From assembly GCA_964035545.1 (NCBI GenBank), contig OZ037768.1:9890741-9954740 (forward strand): a stretch of DNA of 64,000 nucleotides, read 5' to 3'. A model generated the notes under the pieces. The model worked only from the letters and a program-made list of their open reading frames with translations, ran no database searches and was not told where the DNA came from. A program made the position numbers and the translations under genes. This document shows positions 13,457 through 28,900 of this stretch, piece by piece. This stretch comes from Bugula neritina (taxonomy: Eukaryota; Animalia; Bryozoa). The first letter of the stretch is position 1. Every line of letters starts with the position of its first letter.

Positions 13457-16400
13457 CAGGGATGTAGTGGTACCCATACGGTCCCATACGCCGTATGGCC
13501 TAGAAGAAAATAGACTGTTCTAGGCCATACGCCCGTATGGGCATAATATTTTTGAAAGATGATTAGTGCACAGGGTAGTTAGGGCATCCTCACTGAGAAT
13601 ATCATAAATTTCGCTCACAATCTAGTTTAAGTTCCTGTTATGTTGATGCTATGTGGGTGGCATGCGTGTTGCCCAGGGATGTAGTGGTACCCATACGGTC
13701 CCATACGCCGTATGGCCTAGAAGAAAATAGACTGTTCTAGGCCATACGCCCGTATGGGCATATTTTTGAAAGATGATTAGTGCACAGGATAGTTTGGGCA
13801 TCCTCACTGAGAATATCATAAATTTCGCTAACAATCTAATTTAAGTTCTTGTTATGTTAATGCTATGTGGGTGGCATGCGTGTTGCCTACTTGTGATTGT
13901 TTAGCCTGAGATTACACTATGAATACTATGCAGCTATCAACATTGCATCTTCTTATCTCTACGTGTTCACTGAAGCGCGAAGTGCTGTGCATTGGTGATT
14001 ACTAAGGAAAAAATCTTTCATTTTCAGTGTATAAATCACTAACTTGTAGAAAATCTATGAAGGCTATTGACAAGATTGAACAAAAAATTTACCATGCATA
14101 AATTTCTCAGGTTTCCGACAGCGTTTGTTCTATTCGAATACCATGCTTTCCTGCTGAGATATTTGGCAGGGATTGAAAAATAAATTTTTCAGGTAAAATT
14201 GGCCAAAAATGGGTAGATTTTTGTCGATAACTTTGTAAAAAAAATATTGAAAACTCAAAAAACAGGTGCTCTGAGGAACAGGAAGATCTAAAACATGGTT
14301 TTTAAATTTTAATTCTAGCACAATTAAGTGAGGTTTTATTTGGCAGGACTGAATTCTTATAATATACCAATAATGTGGCCTCAGCAAGACAGTGACAGCT
14401 AGAAGGTGGCCCTTATCTATCATGTGTGAACTTGCATTTTGTCAATAAGCAATGGAATTTGGAAAAAACCAACATGAAATCCAGAAATAAAATCAAAATG
14501 TCTTCAAGAAACAGTACCAGGTGTGTAGGAGAGGCTAATGAAAATTTATCACTGAGGTCTACAGGTACTACATCCACATTTTGGTCAAAAACCTAGCATT
14601 ATTGCATGTTAATTATCAATGCAATAAGGTTTTGCAAACTGTACACCACCATAAGTAACCTTTTATGTTTGATTGTACTAACGTCTGGCTTTGCATTTAA
14701 TCATCTTCTAGGTTAACACATATTAAACCTGTCAAATTTGTTCTTTTGGGGTATATTTCCTTGATGTATCTAGTGGAAGCTCAGGGGTTTTATTTTAAAA
14801 CCAAGTTAACATACTTTTCTTGGGTGTGCTTTATATTGTGCGTAAAGAGGTGTGGCGGTATCACCTTATGGATTAGACTAGTACTCTAATAAACTCCAAA
14901 TAGGTTTTCAACCAATTTCTGCTTGCCAATGAGTTATCAACCCAAATTGCTCTTTATAATTAACCAACACACATTTTCTGATTAGCAATCTTCCTCTGTT
15001 CTGATCTATTATTCTTTTTCTGTGCACAGCACTGTATTCGTTATTTAAAGTAATCAGGTTGCATTTGGAGAGCACTTGTTACCTGCCTCTATCCTTCCAT
15101 CTTTTTGAAATATTCAGCAATTTTTCTGTACAGGTTGGACTTAGTGTCAGAATAAACCTAACTGCAGTTGAGTAAGACTACATTACATTACATTACAGTC
15201 AACAGGTATAGGACAAGACTGAATATTTATATAGTTTGCAGCAATGCCCAGTCGTCATGTAGCTGGTATGGTATGAAAATAATAGCGAGGTGCACATTTC
15301 AACACAGATTTTTTTCAGAAGAATTATAATTCGCAATGGCTTTAAATTGCATAAATTTGCATCAGAAGCGCTCTGAGGGCTTCGGTGGCCGGGGCGCTGC
15401 CCCGGACCCCGCCGGGGGCCTGGGCGGCCCCCTGGACCCCCCCCCCGCGGCCTGAGAGTATGGCCAAGAATATTTTTACCACTACATCCCTGGTGTTGCC
15501 TACTTGTGATTGTTTAGCCTGAGATTACACTATGAATAATAAGAGCTATCAACATTCAGTCTTCTCATCTTTAGGCTACGTGTTCACTGAAGCGCGAAGT
15601 GCTGTGCATTGGTGATTACTAAGGAAAAAATCTTTCATTTTCAGTGTATAAATCACTAACTGGTAGAAAATCTATGAAGGCTATTGACAAGATTGAACAA
15701 AAAATTTACCATGCATAAATTTCTCAGGTTTCCGACAGTGTTTGTTCTATTCAAATACCATGCTTTCCCGCTGAGATATTTGGCAGGGATTGAAAAATAA
15801 ATTTTTCAGGTAAAATTGGCCAAAAATGGGTAGATTTTTGTCGATAACTTTGCAAAAAAATATTGAAAACTCAAAAAACAGGTGCTCTGAGGAACAGGAA
15901 GATCTAAAACATGGTTTTTAAATTTTAATTCTAGCACAATTAAGTGAGGTTTTATTTGGCAGGACTGAATTCTTATAATATACTAATAATGTGGCCTCAG
16001 CAAGGCAGTGACAGCTAGAAGGTGGCCCTTATCTATCATGTGTGAACTTGCATTTTGTCAATAAGCAATGGAATTTGGAAAAAACCAACATGAAATCCAG
16101 AAATAAAATCAAAATGTCTTCAAGAAACAGTACCAGGTGTGTAGGAGAGGCTAATGAAAATTTATCACTGAGGTCTACAGGTACTATATCCACATTTTGG
16201 TCAAAAACCTAGCATTATTGCATGTTAATTATCAATGCAATAAGGTTTTGCAAACTGTACACCACCATAAGTAACCTTTTATGTTTGATTGTACTAACGC
16301 CTGGCTTTACATTTAATCCTCTTCTAGGTTAACACATATTAAACCTGTCAAATTTGTTCTTTTGGGGTATATTTCCTTGATGTATCTAGTGGAAGCTCAG

Positions 16401-17102
16401 GGGTTTTATTTTAAAACCAAGTTAACATACTTTTCTTGCGGTGTGCTTTATATTGTGTGTAAGGAGGTGTGGCGGTATCACCTTATGGATTAGACTAGTA
16501 CTCTAATAAACTCCAAATAGGTTTTCAACCAATTTCTGCTTGCCAATGAGTTATCAACTCAAATTGCTCTTTATAATTAACCAACACACATTTTCTGATT
16601 AGCAATCTTCCTCTGTTCTGATCTATTATTCTTTTTCTGTGCACAGCACTGTATTAGTTATTTAAAGTAATCAGGTTGCATTTGGAGAGCACTTGTTACC
16701 TGCCTCTATCCTTCCATCTTTTTGAGATATTCAGCAATTTTTCTGTACAGGTTGGACTTAGTGTCAGAATAAACCTAACTGCAGTTGAGTAAGACTACAT
16801 TACATTACATTACAGTCAACAGGTATGGGACAAGACTGAATATTTATATAGTTTGCAGCAATGCCCAGTCGTCATGTAGCTGGTATGGTATGAAAATAAT
16901 AGCGAGGTGCACATTTCAACACAGATTTTTTTCAGAAGAATTATAATTCACAATGGCTTTAAATTGCATAAATTTGCATCAGAAGTGCTCTGAGGGCTTC
17001 GGTGGCTGGGGCGCTGCCCCGGGCCCCGCCGGGGGCCTGGGCGGCCTCCTGGACCCCCGGCCTGAGAGTATGGCCAAGAATATTTTTACCACTACAACCC
17101 TG
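13457..17102. mobile_element. Non-autonomous hAT DNA transposon, outer copy (1819 bp after removing the nested copy and its TSD)
   Basis: TIRs CAGGGATGTAGTGGTA / TACCACTACAACCCTG (1 mismatch). 8-bp TSD AGCATATC at 13449-13456 and 17103-17110. Subterminal CCATACG repeats. No long ORF. Confidence 0.92.
13674..15492. mobile_element. Non-autonomous hAT DNA transposon, inner copy (1819 bp) nested in the outer copy
   Basis: Perfect 16-bp TIRs CAGGGATGTAGTGGTA / TACCACTACATCCCTG. 8-bp TSD GTGTTGCC at 13666-13673 and 15493-15500. The empty version of the same site is visible inside this copy at 13880-13887. Confidence 0.93.
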
Positions 17103-18237
17103 AGCATATCCATGAAAAACATGGTGGTCATGGCAACTGGAACATTGAGACATCCATATATGCTTTCTTGTTGGCATGTTCAACAGGAAAAAGGAGAAAG
17201 CAACACTTGTAAAGGAATGTGCTTAGTAACATCAATATATCCAAGCAATTTGAAGAGACTGTGTTCAATAAGTTACCGATACTCTGCAACTGGTGGTGGA
17301 ATACTACTATGGCCCTATGCTGTTTCTTAGAAGTGGTTAAATGTAGACAGGCCTTCAACATCACACGCGAATTATTTTTGTAAATTTTTTATAGAGTCTA
17401 TTCGAATAATATCCCAATATAATATTATTATAATGAGCTTTGCCATATGCACAACTGCACATAATTATAATTAAATTTATCAGACTGATGTGTGAAATTC
17501 AATATTCTTAAAAATGATACAAAATTTATTTAGATTAATGTCATAAACAAATTTGGTAATATGCATAAGTTAGATTACAATCAAGAAAATATTTTCTGAA
17601 AAACTGTTTGCTCATGGCAATGTTTCATAACCATATTATATATAAATATACCAAGGGGGGCATACTCCACAGTCAATACACCAATCAAGTTACATTATAG
17701 GCTCTTAGTCTGAGTGAATATTAGTAAATTGCAATACAGAAACAGAAATCACCATTGAATATGCACCATAAATATTTCAGTAGATGTTTTAAAATTAATA
17801 CCATTATCTGTAGCAGCGACCATGCAAATATTTAATATTAAAGGAATCCCTTGCCGGCCATGATTTCCACTAATTACAAATACCAGTTCAGAGTCGCCGC
17901 ATAAAATATATGTGATTTATATATATATTTCTATCAATTGGTATAAAATGTGCTACAGAAATATTGACAAATGATAATCATGGGTCGAGTTGAAGATAGT
18001 TATGTAACAAAAAACAATAATTATAATAACATAAATCTCAGCATAGCACAATTCACAGATGTAAGGCTATTTTAGTTTACATGTCTTACAATTTACAGCA
18101 TCTGAAATACATTCGCACTACCAAGAGCGTGTCTACCACAATGTTCAGTGGTGGAAGACATCCTACAGGTAAGCAGCTGGGATAATTTCTTCGGCTGTAA
18201 AGAAGGTGGATGACAAGAGTAGGAGCTGGGATAGTAA

Positions 18238-20722
<2,485 letters not shown>

Positions 20723-22979
20723 GCTTTCTCTTCTGTAATAGTAAATTTTCACTAAATTATTATTATTATTATTACACTCTGACACAGTCCTGTCCCCACC
20801 TGTTATGTACAGGCGTTCTGCTCTATCAATAGCAGCTGCAGAAGTTAAAGCCATGAGTGCAAAGTAGTAATTATATCCCCAATAGAAGAACACAACATAC
20901 AATACATGACTGCCCTCAACAGGCGAAAACACTGTAATGCTTAGCTAACACAAAACTAAGATGCTCAAGCACTGTTGACAAAGTAGATCATCAAGTAGAG
21001 TCTGTGTACAGGTTGGAGATGGGTAACTATACAATACAAAGCCAATGAATTAGACTAAGAAGTAAATCAAAGCACTTAACACATTCATATTTGGTAATCC
21101 TAGCGTCAGCTTACTTCAGCTGCCTACTTACTACTACTCAAAATAGTACTCTTCCCACGCTTTTTGACAATTTGCCAATTCCAAACTATTTTTTTATAGA
21201 TTTTCTGGATATATATACCCCTCACTGTTCAAATCATGTAGTAAGTAAAGCTTTTCAAGATAATAAAAAAACCTTCAAATATACTCGTATGTATCACGAA
21301 GTTTATCTAATTACTACCAACTACAGCTAATATAATTTTTCACAAAGAAAATCAGTGTCTTTTGGTGCATTCTTATTTTATAATACTGCTGTGTTGAAAG
21401 CATAGAAGGTGTAGCACAATAAACATTAGATCAGATATATAACGTAGGATTTTTGCTTCATGTAACCTAGGAATACCAAAAAGAACGGAACTGGTCAGCT
21501 AGTACCTGGTTGATTACTGCTTCAACATATTACCAGGAAACATAATGTAACCAAAGTTGACTTAAGGTCACAGTTCCTCTGAATAAACGTAGTACATGTG
21601 CAATTTTGTCTATAGAAAGAAGCTGAAGTATATTTAATGAGAAAAATTGAGCTTAAAGAAGTCAAGTTCCTAATCAAAGCCATATGCATCTGTACTGATA
21701 CCTCGGCAATATTCAACTACAGTATTTGCTACATAACCATTCAACACTAACCAGTTACTATATATGAGTAATTAGTCTATGAATGACTAAAATATTTTTT
21801 TAAAGCAAAAATTTGTATCTCAAAATCAGCTAGGCTACACCTTGAGCATACAGCACAACAGTAACATAAAACTATACTTTTTTAAATATCTTTTAAAAAT
21901 AAATGCATTAAATCTTGAAAATCAAAATGGAGTTAGTTGACTGTCTCTGACTATCCTGAATACAGTGATAGTCAGACCAGTTTCACCAGTACACAAAAAC
22001 AATAACTATTATCATGAATGAACTTGAAGAATATCATAGTCAATATGATATTCAATAATGATCCATGTATATAATGGTGAAGCTGGATTCAATAGTCAAT
22101 AAATATAAACAAAACAAATAAATCTCATCTGTCAATAAGAAGCCTCTCTTGAAAACAGTGGCCCAGAGGGGTAGAGAAGTTATAAAAAAGTAGTGCAACA
22201 TCTACATACAGTAATTTGCCGTAATAATTTTATTACATAAATGTACACTCTCAATACACTTCGGCTTGTATTGAAACAAATTCAAACTGTATTGATATAG
22301 ATTGTTTTGTGAAAATGTTCATTAGATAAAATCCTACAAAAAGTAAAACCTCTAAGCAAAGCCCAGCTCTCACTTAAATGAAAATGAAAATAATGATTTG
22401 TAACACAAATAGTAACATATAAGTTAAAAGTTTTCTGCCACAAGCCAAGTTTTATAATATTTTATAGTTTATCTATATAAGCCTGAAGATTTGCTTTGTT
22501 GATAGGATTCAGCTGCTATTAACTTATTTTTTACAACAAATAGATTTCCAAGTAACTAAATATATTGAGTGCCAGAAAGCAAGGAAATAAATGGAGTTTT
22601 TCATTTGATTACTCTGATAAAACTGTATAAAATAAAACAGTGTATAAGAATTGTTTTGCGTTTCTTGAGCTCAAGAATGTTGCGTCACTAGACTGTTCAC
22701 ACTGATTTTTTGTTTGAATAATAATTATGTAGGCTACATAAGTAGCTTTTAAGTGTAACACCAACTGAAACTGAAAGTAAATGTAACTGATTGCTGCTAC
22801 CTTAAAACCGAGCTACACATTTACTTATAGTTAGTGTTACATTAACAAACTTATTAACTCTTAATTACATTGAGAAAAACTCAGGAAGACTAGTCACAAA
22901 GTCAAAGTGAAATCATGATGAGAATACACACAAATCACAGGCAACAGATACTTCCAGATGGTAATTCATTCTAAGTTAT

Positions 22980-24030
22980 ATAATTACCAATCACTATAAT
23001 TAGGTGTAGCTATAAGTAAAAGTCAAAGTATGAAAAAAAAACAAAGTAAAAGCTAGACCTATCGACATTAGTTATAGCAACAATTATACTAACAACTGTA
23101 CAACTGGCCACTTCATTAGACTAATATTATTGGTTATAGTAACACTAATAGATATACTTAATCTTATACTTTAACTATAAGTTTTAATATTTGTTAAAGT
23201 AATTACTAGTAGTAATACTGCAGCAGTATTACTAAAATAAAAGTAATATTAGTACTATTAGTAGGCTATTAGTATTACATTTAGTGTATTAGTGATAAAT
23301 TATAGTATAAGTAATAATAATACTTATTTACTAATAGTAATAGTAATACTAATACTCTAAGTCTAATAGTAATTGCTATTCACATAATTAATATCATAGT
23401 GTTAATCATAATGACAATGTGAATGATTACTACTACTACTACTATAAGATTTAGTCCATTACACTTACAGTAATAGTTTTTATTAGTATTATTATAATTG
23501 AATTCAATATTAAATCATCACTATTATTTAGTATTAGTAATAGTAATACTAATACAGTATTACTAATAGTAATACTAATACTAATAGTAATACTAATAGA
23601 CAATAGTATAACATTATTATAACATTATTATTAAAATTATGATATTCATATTGATTAAGTTTAGCTTGTAGTTTGACATTAAATTTATCATCATGATATT
23701 AATTTGGATATGACCATCACCATGGTGATGGACATGATGATGATCACTTGATGATGATCATCACCATCATCGTCATGAACTTGAAGTCATGATCATGATC
23801 ATGATGATCACTTGATGATGATGATCATCATCATGAACTGATGAAGTCATCATCAGTAATGATCGTAATGATAATTATCATGATCGTTCTGATTCCAGTT
23901 TCTGACTATTCTGAGTCCTCATCCTGACCATAATGATCATGATTATCATCATTATCATCATCATCATCATGATCAACTTCAAGTTCAAGTTCAAGTCAAA
24001 CTGAAACTGAAACTTTAAGTTGAAACATTA
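22980..24030. repeat. Mosaic low-complexity tract (TAA/TAG, CAT/GAT and hexamer repeats)
   Basis: Visible runs such as TAATAGTAATACTAATAC, CATGATGATCATCATCAT and AAGTTCAAGTTCAAGTCAAACTGAAACTG. Confidence 0.85.
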
Positions 24031-24209
24031 AAATTGGCAACATGAAAATCGTACACAAAAATTAAAAATCTTCAAAAGATAAACAGTTCTTAACAAAATA
24101 ACATTTATTAAGCCATACAATAAGTATAACAAAATAAACAATTGCCTTTGATAGAAATGTGGGCAACAAACTTGTGAGTATAGTGATAGTCACTTAGAAT
24201 TAGTCTTAC

Positions 24210-24360
24210 TCAGCTGTTACCCTTTGCCCAATGACAATAATTTATGAGGGCAGTGCCAAAGAATGGATCATTAGCAGGTCAAATGCGCCTTGATCGCCGT
24301 CTTCTTATAAGCTACATGGCAATAAATTTTTCAGACTAAACCCGTGACCGTGATCACGAT
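24210..24360 (-). other. Probable non-coding first exon/promoter region of Rab7
   Basis: An acceptor (TTACAG) lies just before the Rab7 ATG. A strong minus-strand donor GA|GTAAGA is at 24209, inside a locally CpG-richer patch. The upstream boundary is a guess. Confidence 0.45.
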
Positions 24361-25958
24361 ACGAAATTGTGTGGTGAAATTACAGAGAATACAACTCTTT
24401 TTTAATCTAAAGATCTAATGATGTAGTGCACACTAATAAATAATGACAGATGTAATGTTTACATATGTTTTGCTTATAGGGTAATGCCTGATTTTTAGGC
24501 TAGCTATTTTTTCGCTGTCAGATGCATTAACTATGATGAACAACACCTCAATTACTGATTAGTTTGTTAGCTGATCCTAACTGAGAAATTTTTACAGGAA
24601 TAAAAATGTTGCCAGTTTTACTCTGTTATATGTAGTGACAGCCAACTGCACCGAGTACCAGTAGTTTACAGCTTTAAAGGCACTCAGTCACTCTGGGTTT
24701 TAATTTCCTGATTTACTTTCATAGAAGCCAATTTTGGTCTATTTTTTCATACTGTTTTTAGCTGCACTCCGGAACTAACTTGTACAGTATTGACAAATTA
24801 TTATAATTACAAAAATTCTCAGTGGTTTCTTAGCATATTTACTCTGACTCACCAGAAAGTTTTTAAAGAATTTAATATAATTTTTCAGCATGTCATTTCT
24901 GGGGCTGCCCAAATATGGAAACTACACACATTTTAGAAAAAATTCACAGCACTATATCTTTTTCATAACTTCTAACATTTACCATATAGGTACTATGTTT
25001 TTGTTAAATTAGATCTACACAATAATTATAGGAATACATGTCTATGAATTATATAGGAAAAAATTGATTACAAGGGCCGAATGTTTGAACAATGCACAAG
25101 CTATATAAGTATAACCATACTTGAAATATTTCACTCTAAAAGCATATTTTGTAAAGTACTTGAAGCATATAATTTATATTTAATGCATATGCACAGAAAG
25201 AAACCAGTCATCAGGTAGATGCAAATTGCAATGCAGTAATAACTAATATAAGTAAAACAGGAGTTTTATCGTTCCGCCAATAGTTGTTCATTTAAACAAA
25301 ATAGAAAATTTAACCTATAGCTTCACCATGTTGATAGTTATCGAGTGCATCTGAAAATTCAACTTGTAAGCATTAACACACTGATATCTGATATATTTAT
25401 CAGTATATTTATTACACTTTTTAAACTTACTATTATTATAAGTGTACTTTTTAGCTTATAAGAAACTCGAAATTATGGTTTTGAATGGAGAGTGGCTAAG
25501 ATATGAACAAAACTTCTACTTTTGGTAATGGTATTGCTATGAGTATATGATAAAATTAGGATAATAGATGCTAAGGTTGTTTATTTTTAATAATGAGTAA
25601 AGAACATGTGACGCGTCTTATCTATTGCGATTGTCATACTCATTGTGACAGTGCACAAGTCTCAAGGTAAAAGTAAGAAGTTTAGCATCTGGGACTACAT
25701 GTTATGGGCAGAATGCAATAAAACATTATTTGCTAGCGATTTAAAACAGCAGACAGCGAAACCATTTAAAATAAACTTGACTTCCTCAAACCGTTTCCGC
25801 CTGAATCTCTTCGTTTGCCAAATACTATTAATTTCTTGCTAGACTTTTACTGTTCATTTACATCTTGCGGGTTTTGATTTTTAAAAATAAATTCAGGAAT
25901 AACAGTTTTACATTACTGTTTCATATGCCACAACTTTCTGGCTATTTTCAGGCTATGC

Positions 25959-28900
25959 ATGGCATCATATTCTAAAGAAAACACTGAAAACAACATTTTT
26001 ATAGTTAAAACTGAGAATGCCGACAACTACACGGTTGGTTTACTTATTTAATAAATCATTAAATGGTTACGTTAAAGCTACACCTGCACTTAACTAAATC
26101 TAATTCTAGCTGTAAGACTTACACGTGATCTAAGTTTTACTGTTTTACTTTTAATATTGGCAACTGTTATTTTATTTTACCATTGGAATTTATAATTAAT
26201 GATTCAGTGAATTAGTATTTACTTCTAATAGTAATTCTATTGTACTATTGTTTATTAGTATTAGACTAATAATTAGTACAACTAGTACTACATACTCTGA
26301 TGTTCATGTTGATGTAAAAGTAAAACTGAAATCAAAATTAATTTCTAGTCAAGCTCAAAGTTAGTTATTATTATAATGACATTATGATTATCATTCTGAT
26401 TCTGGTTAAGTTGATGTTAAATATAAATGTTATGCCTTATGGTATTCATAAAAATAATTATAAATCAAACTAACAATTGCATTTTAAAACTAAATAAAAA
26501 CAAAAGGATTTTATTTAAATTTGATGTACGCTAACTTTTATTATTACTCTTACTAAGAGTAAGAGTAAGAATAAAAATCAGTAATTTAGGTATGAGGCAA
26601 AAAATTAGTACAATTTTTCACCATACAATTTTATCATTTTTATTCAATTTGTGCAAATGCAACTATTTCATTGTAATTAGTAATAGTAGTATATAGGATT
26701 CTAGTGTGTGTTGAAGTTAAACTTTTGTGTTACGAGGTAATATTTTTATATCTCTGGTACTTTGGTGGACAAAACTGTTGTGGAAAGCCCTTGTTGATGC
26801 AAAAAAATTAAAATGGATGTTGGTTGTAATCTTTTAGCAGATTTAGTGATGATAGACTATAGCATCTCATGGCACACCTCATCATAGAGTATTTTTTTAT
26901 TGAAAATAACTTTCTATTGGGTTTTTCATTGGCCTGCTGGAGTTTTGAGCTAAAGCTGAGTGCGAGCATCACCTGTGCCATATTTTTTTATAGGTTCATA
27001 ATAAACAATAATGGTTTGGTAGGTGTTCAAAAAGTTCAATTTTTTTAAAAGGTTGTGGATCTCACAATGTTTGTAGTCAAATACTTTGCTCACATTGCTA
27101 ACTTTAAATGTAATAAAAAATTTACACTAGACTGCAATTTGATATTAGACTTTGCAATAAAGTATTTTTTCTTTTACCGGGTCATCAGGTATATACATAA
27201 GTATGTGTGTATACATCTGCGTGCATGTAGCTCTTCTTTTGCACCTTTCTTATGTATAAAGATGGTACTGGTGGTTTTCTATACAGTTGGAAGCACAACA
27301 CATCTTGCAGATGTGGAAAGATATGCTGACGTTATTTTACATTGTTGTTGGTGTTGTTTATTAGTTAACACTTAGGTATCTGTTCTAGGTTAGGAAATTT
27401 GTTATCCTTTGGGTTCATAATAACGTTGTGATATAATCTGATGCAATGGAAGTCTAAAGACATTCAAAATACCTACCATTAAAAGTACATGCTACCAGCT
27501 CCATATTACTAAACTTAGCATCCTCTATAAAGTATCTGCTAATTTATTGTTAAGCAGTACAATAGTTAAACATAGACAAGCTCATACAGCACCTACCATT
27601 TCTGTTTCAAATTTTGGTGGGTATAGATTCTGTTTCACAGAAAAAATAATTTAATTAGTATTAGGGCTTTAGAATAGCATAACCTAAAAAAAATTGATTA
27701 TGTGTATCAGCTATAGCAGCTTAAAAACATTTTAGTTTATGGCCAGAGGTATTCCAGTGATGATAATATGTTAGTAAATAACCTACATTTTGGACTTATA
27801 GATTGATTTAGTTTTCAGTAAGTTAAATTTATGATTCTTGTAGGACTAGGGCTATGTGATGGGAGTGTTATTGTTGGTCTAAATATGGATTCAACTGATA
27901 GCATTGTAGCTTAACCAATACTTATTATTAGCAATTTTATAATTTGAAATTATAAATATTGTTTAATGCATTTTGTTTCAGAATTATACAATTGAAGTCC
28001 ATATTGGTAGCTTTCATTGGCAAGTTAGCCACCGTTACAGCGAGTTTTATGAATTGAATGAGCATGTAAGTTAATTTTAGCCATGACTGGCTAATCTTGT
28101 AACCAAAATGACATTTTTCACTTACTTTCTACTTTTTCCTTGTTGCATTCTAATACAGCCATTTCATTTGGAATATTATTTTACATATCCTTTATAAACA
28201 CAGTATGTATTTTTTCATATTTGGAAAATATTTCTTTAATAACTCATAGCTGGTGGCCAAGCATGATGTTGACAAGAAACTTCTGCCTCCGAAGAAAGCA
28301 TTTGGAAATACATCAGAGGCATTCATACAGAAAAGGCGAGCAGGCCTGGAAAGATATTTGCAAATTTTAATCAAGCAATTTGATCGGCTTCCATTTGATC
28401 TGGCTGCTTTCCTGGATTTTCCTAAATATGTAAGACTATAGTGCAAGACTATAATTTTGTTGACATATAATAGTATCATGTTATGAATTTTTTCTCGGAA
28501 ATACGTTATAAAACAGTGTAGGCAGTTTAATGCTTTCAATATTCGATAATTGTGTCACTGAGTTTACATTAAAACTGGTTTACTGAAAACATGTTGTCTT
28601 TATTTGTTATAATGGGAAATTTTTGTTTTACTTATTCAAAAACTAATTTTTTTTATCTTTCAGATGTTTAGTCTGCTGTAAAACAGAGTTCTGTTGTAGG
28701 AAATCAATGGAGTTACTCAAATACTGGCAGAGACCTTGTTTAATAGAGGAGACACTCTTTTGGAGAAAGATTCAACATGTTCAATGGATCCTTTGCAACT
28801 GTATGCAATTACTGAACGCCATACAAAGCCAGAGACTGTTGGTATGTTAGAATTCATGAAGTAAACCAATTTCTTTTTTTGTAACTTTTTTAATATATGA

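Noticed and set aside
13457-17102. Segmental tandem duplication or assembly/haplotype artefact
   Set aside because: Both units have TIRs and their own distinct 8-bp TSDs, and the geometry fits a nested insertion exactly.
16953-17364. Overlapping ORFs of 74-125 aa
   Set aside because: They straddle the GC-rich right end of the hAT element and its flank, so they are chance open frames.
23700-23975. His/Asp-rich metal-binding peptide gene
   Set aside because: The CAT/GAT repeats shift frame and hit stops. There is no ORF of 60 aa or more and no supporting splice sites.
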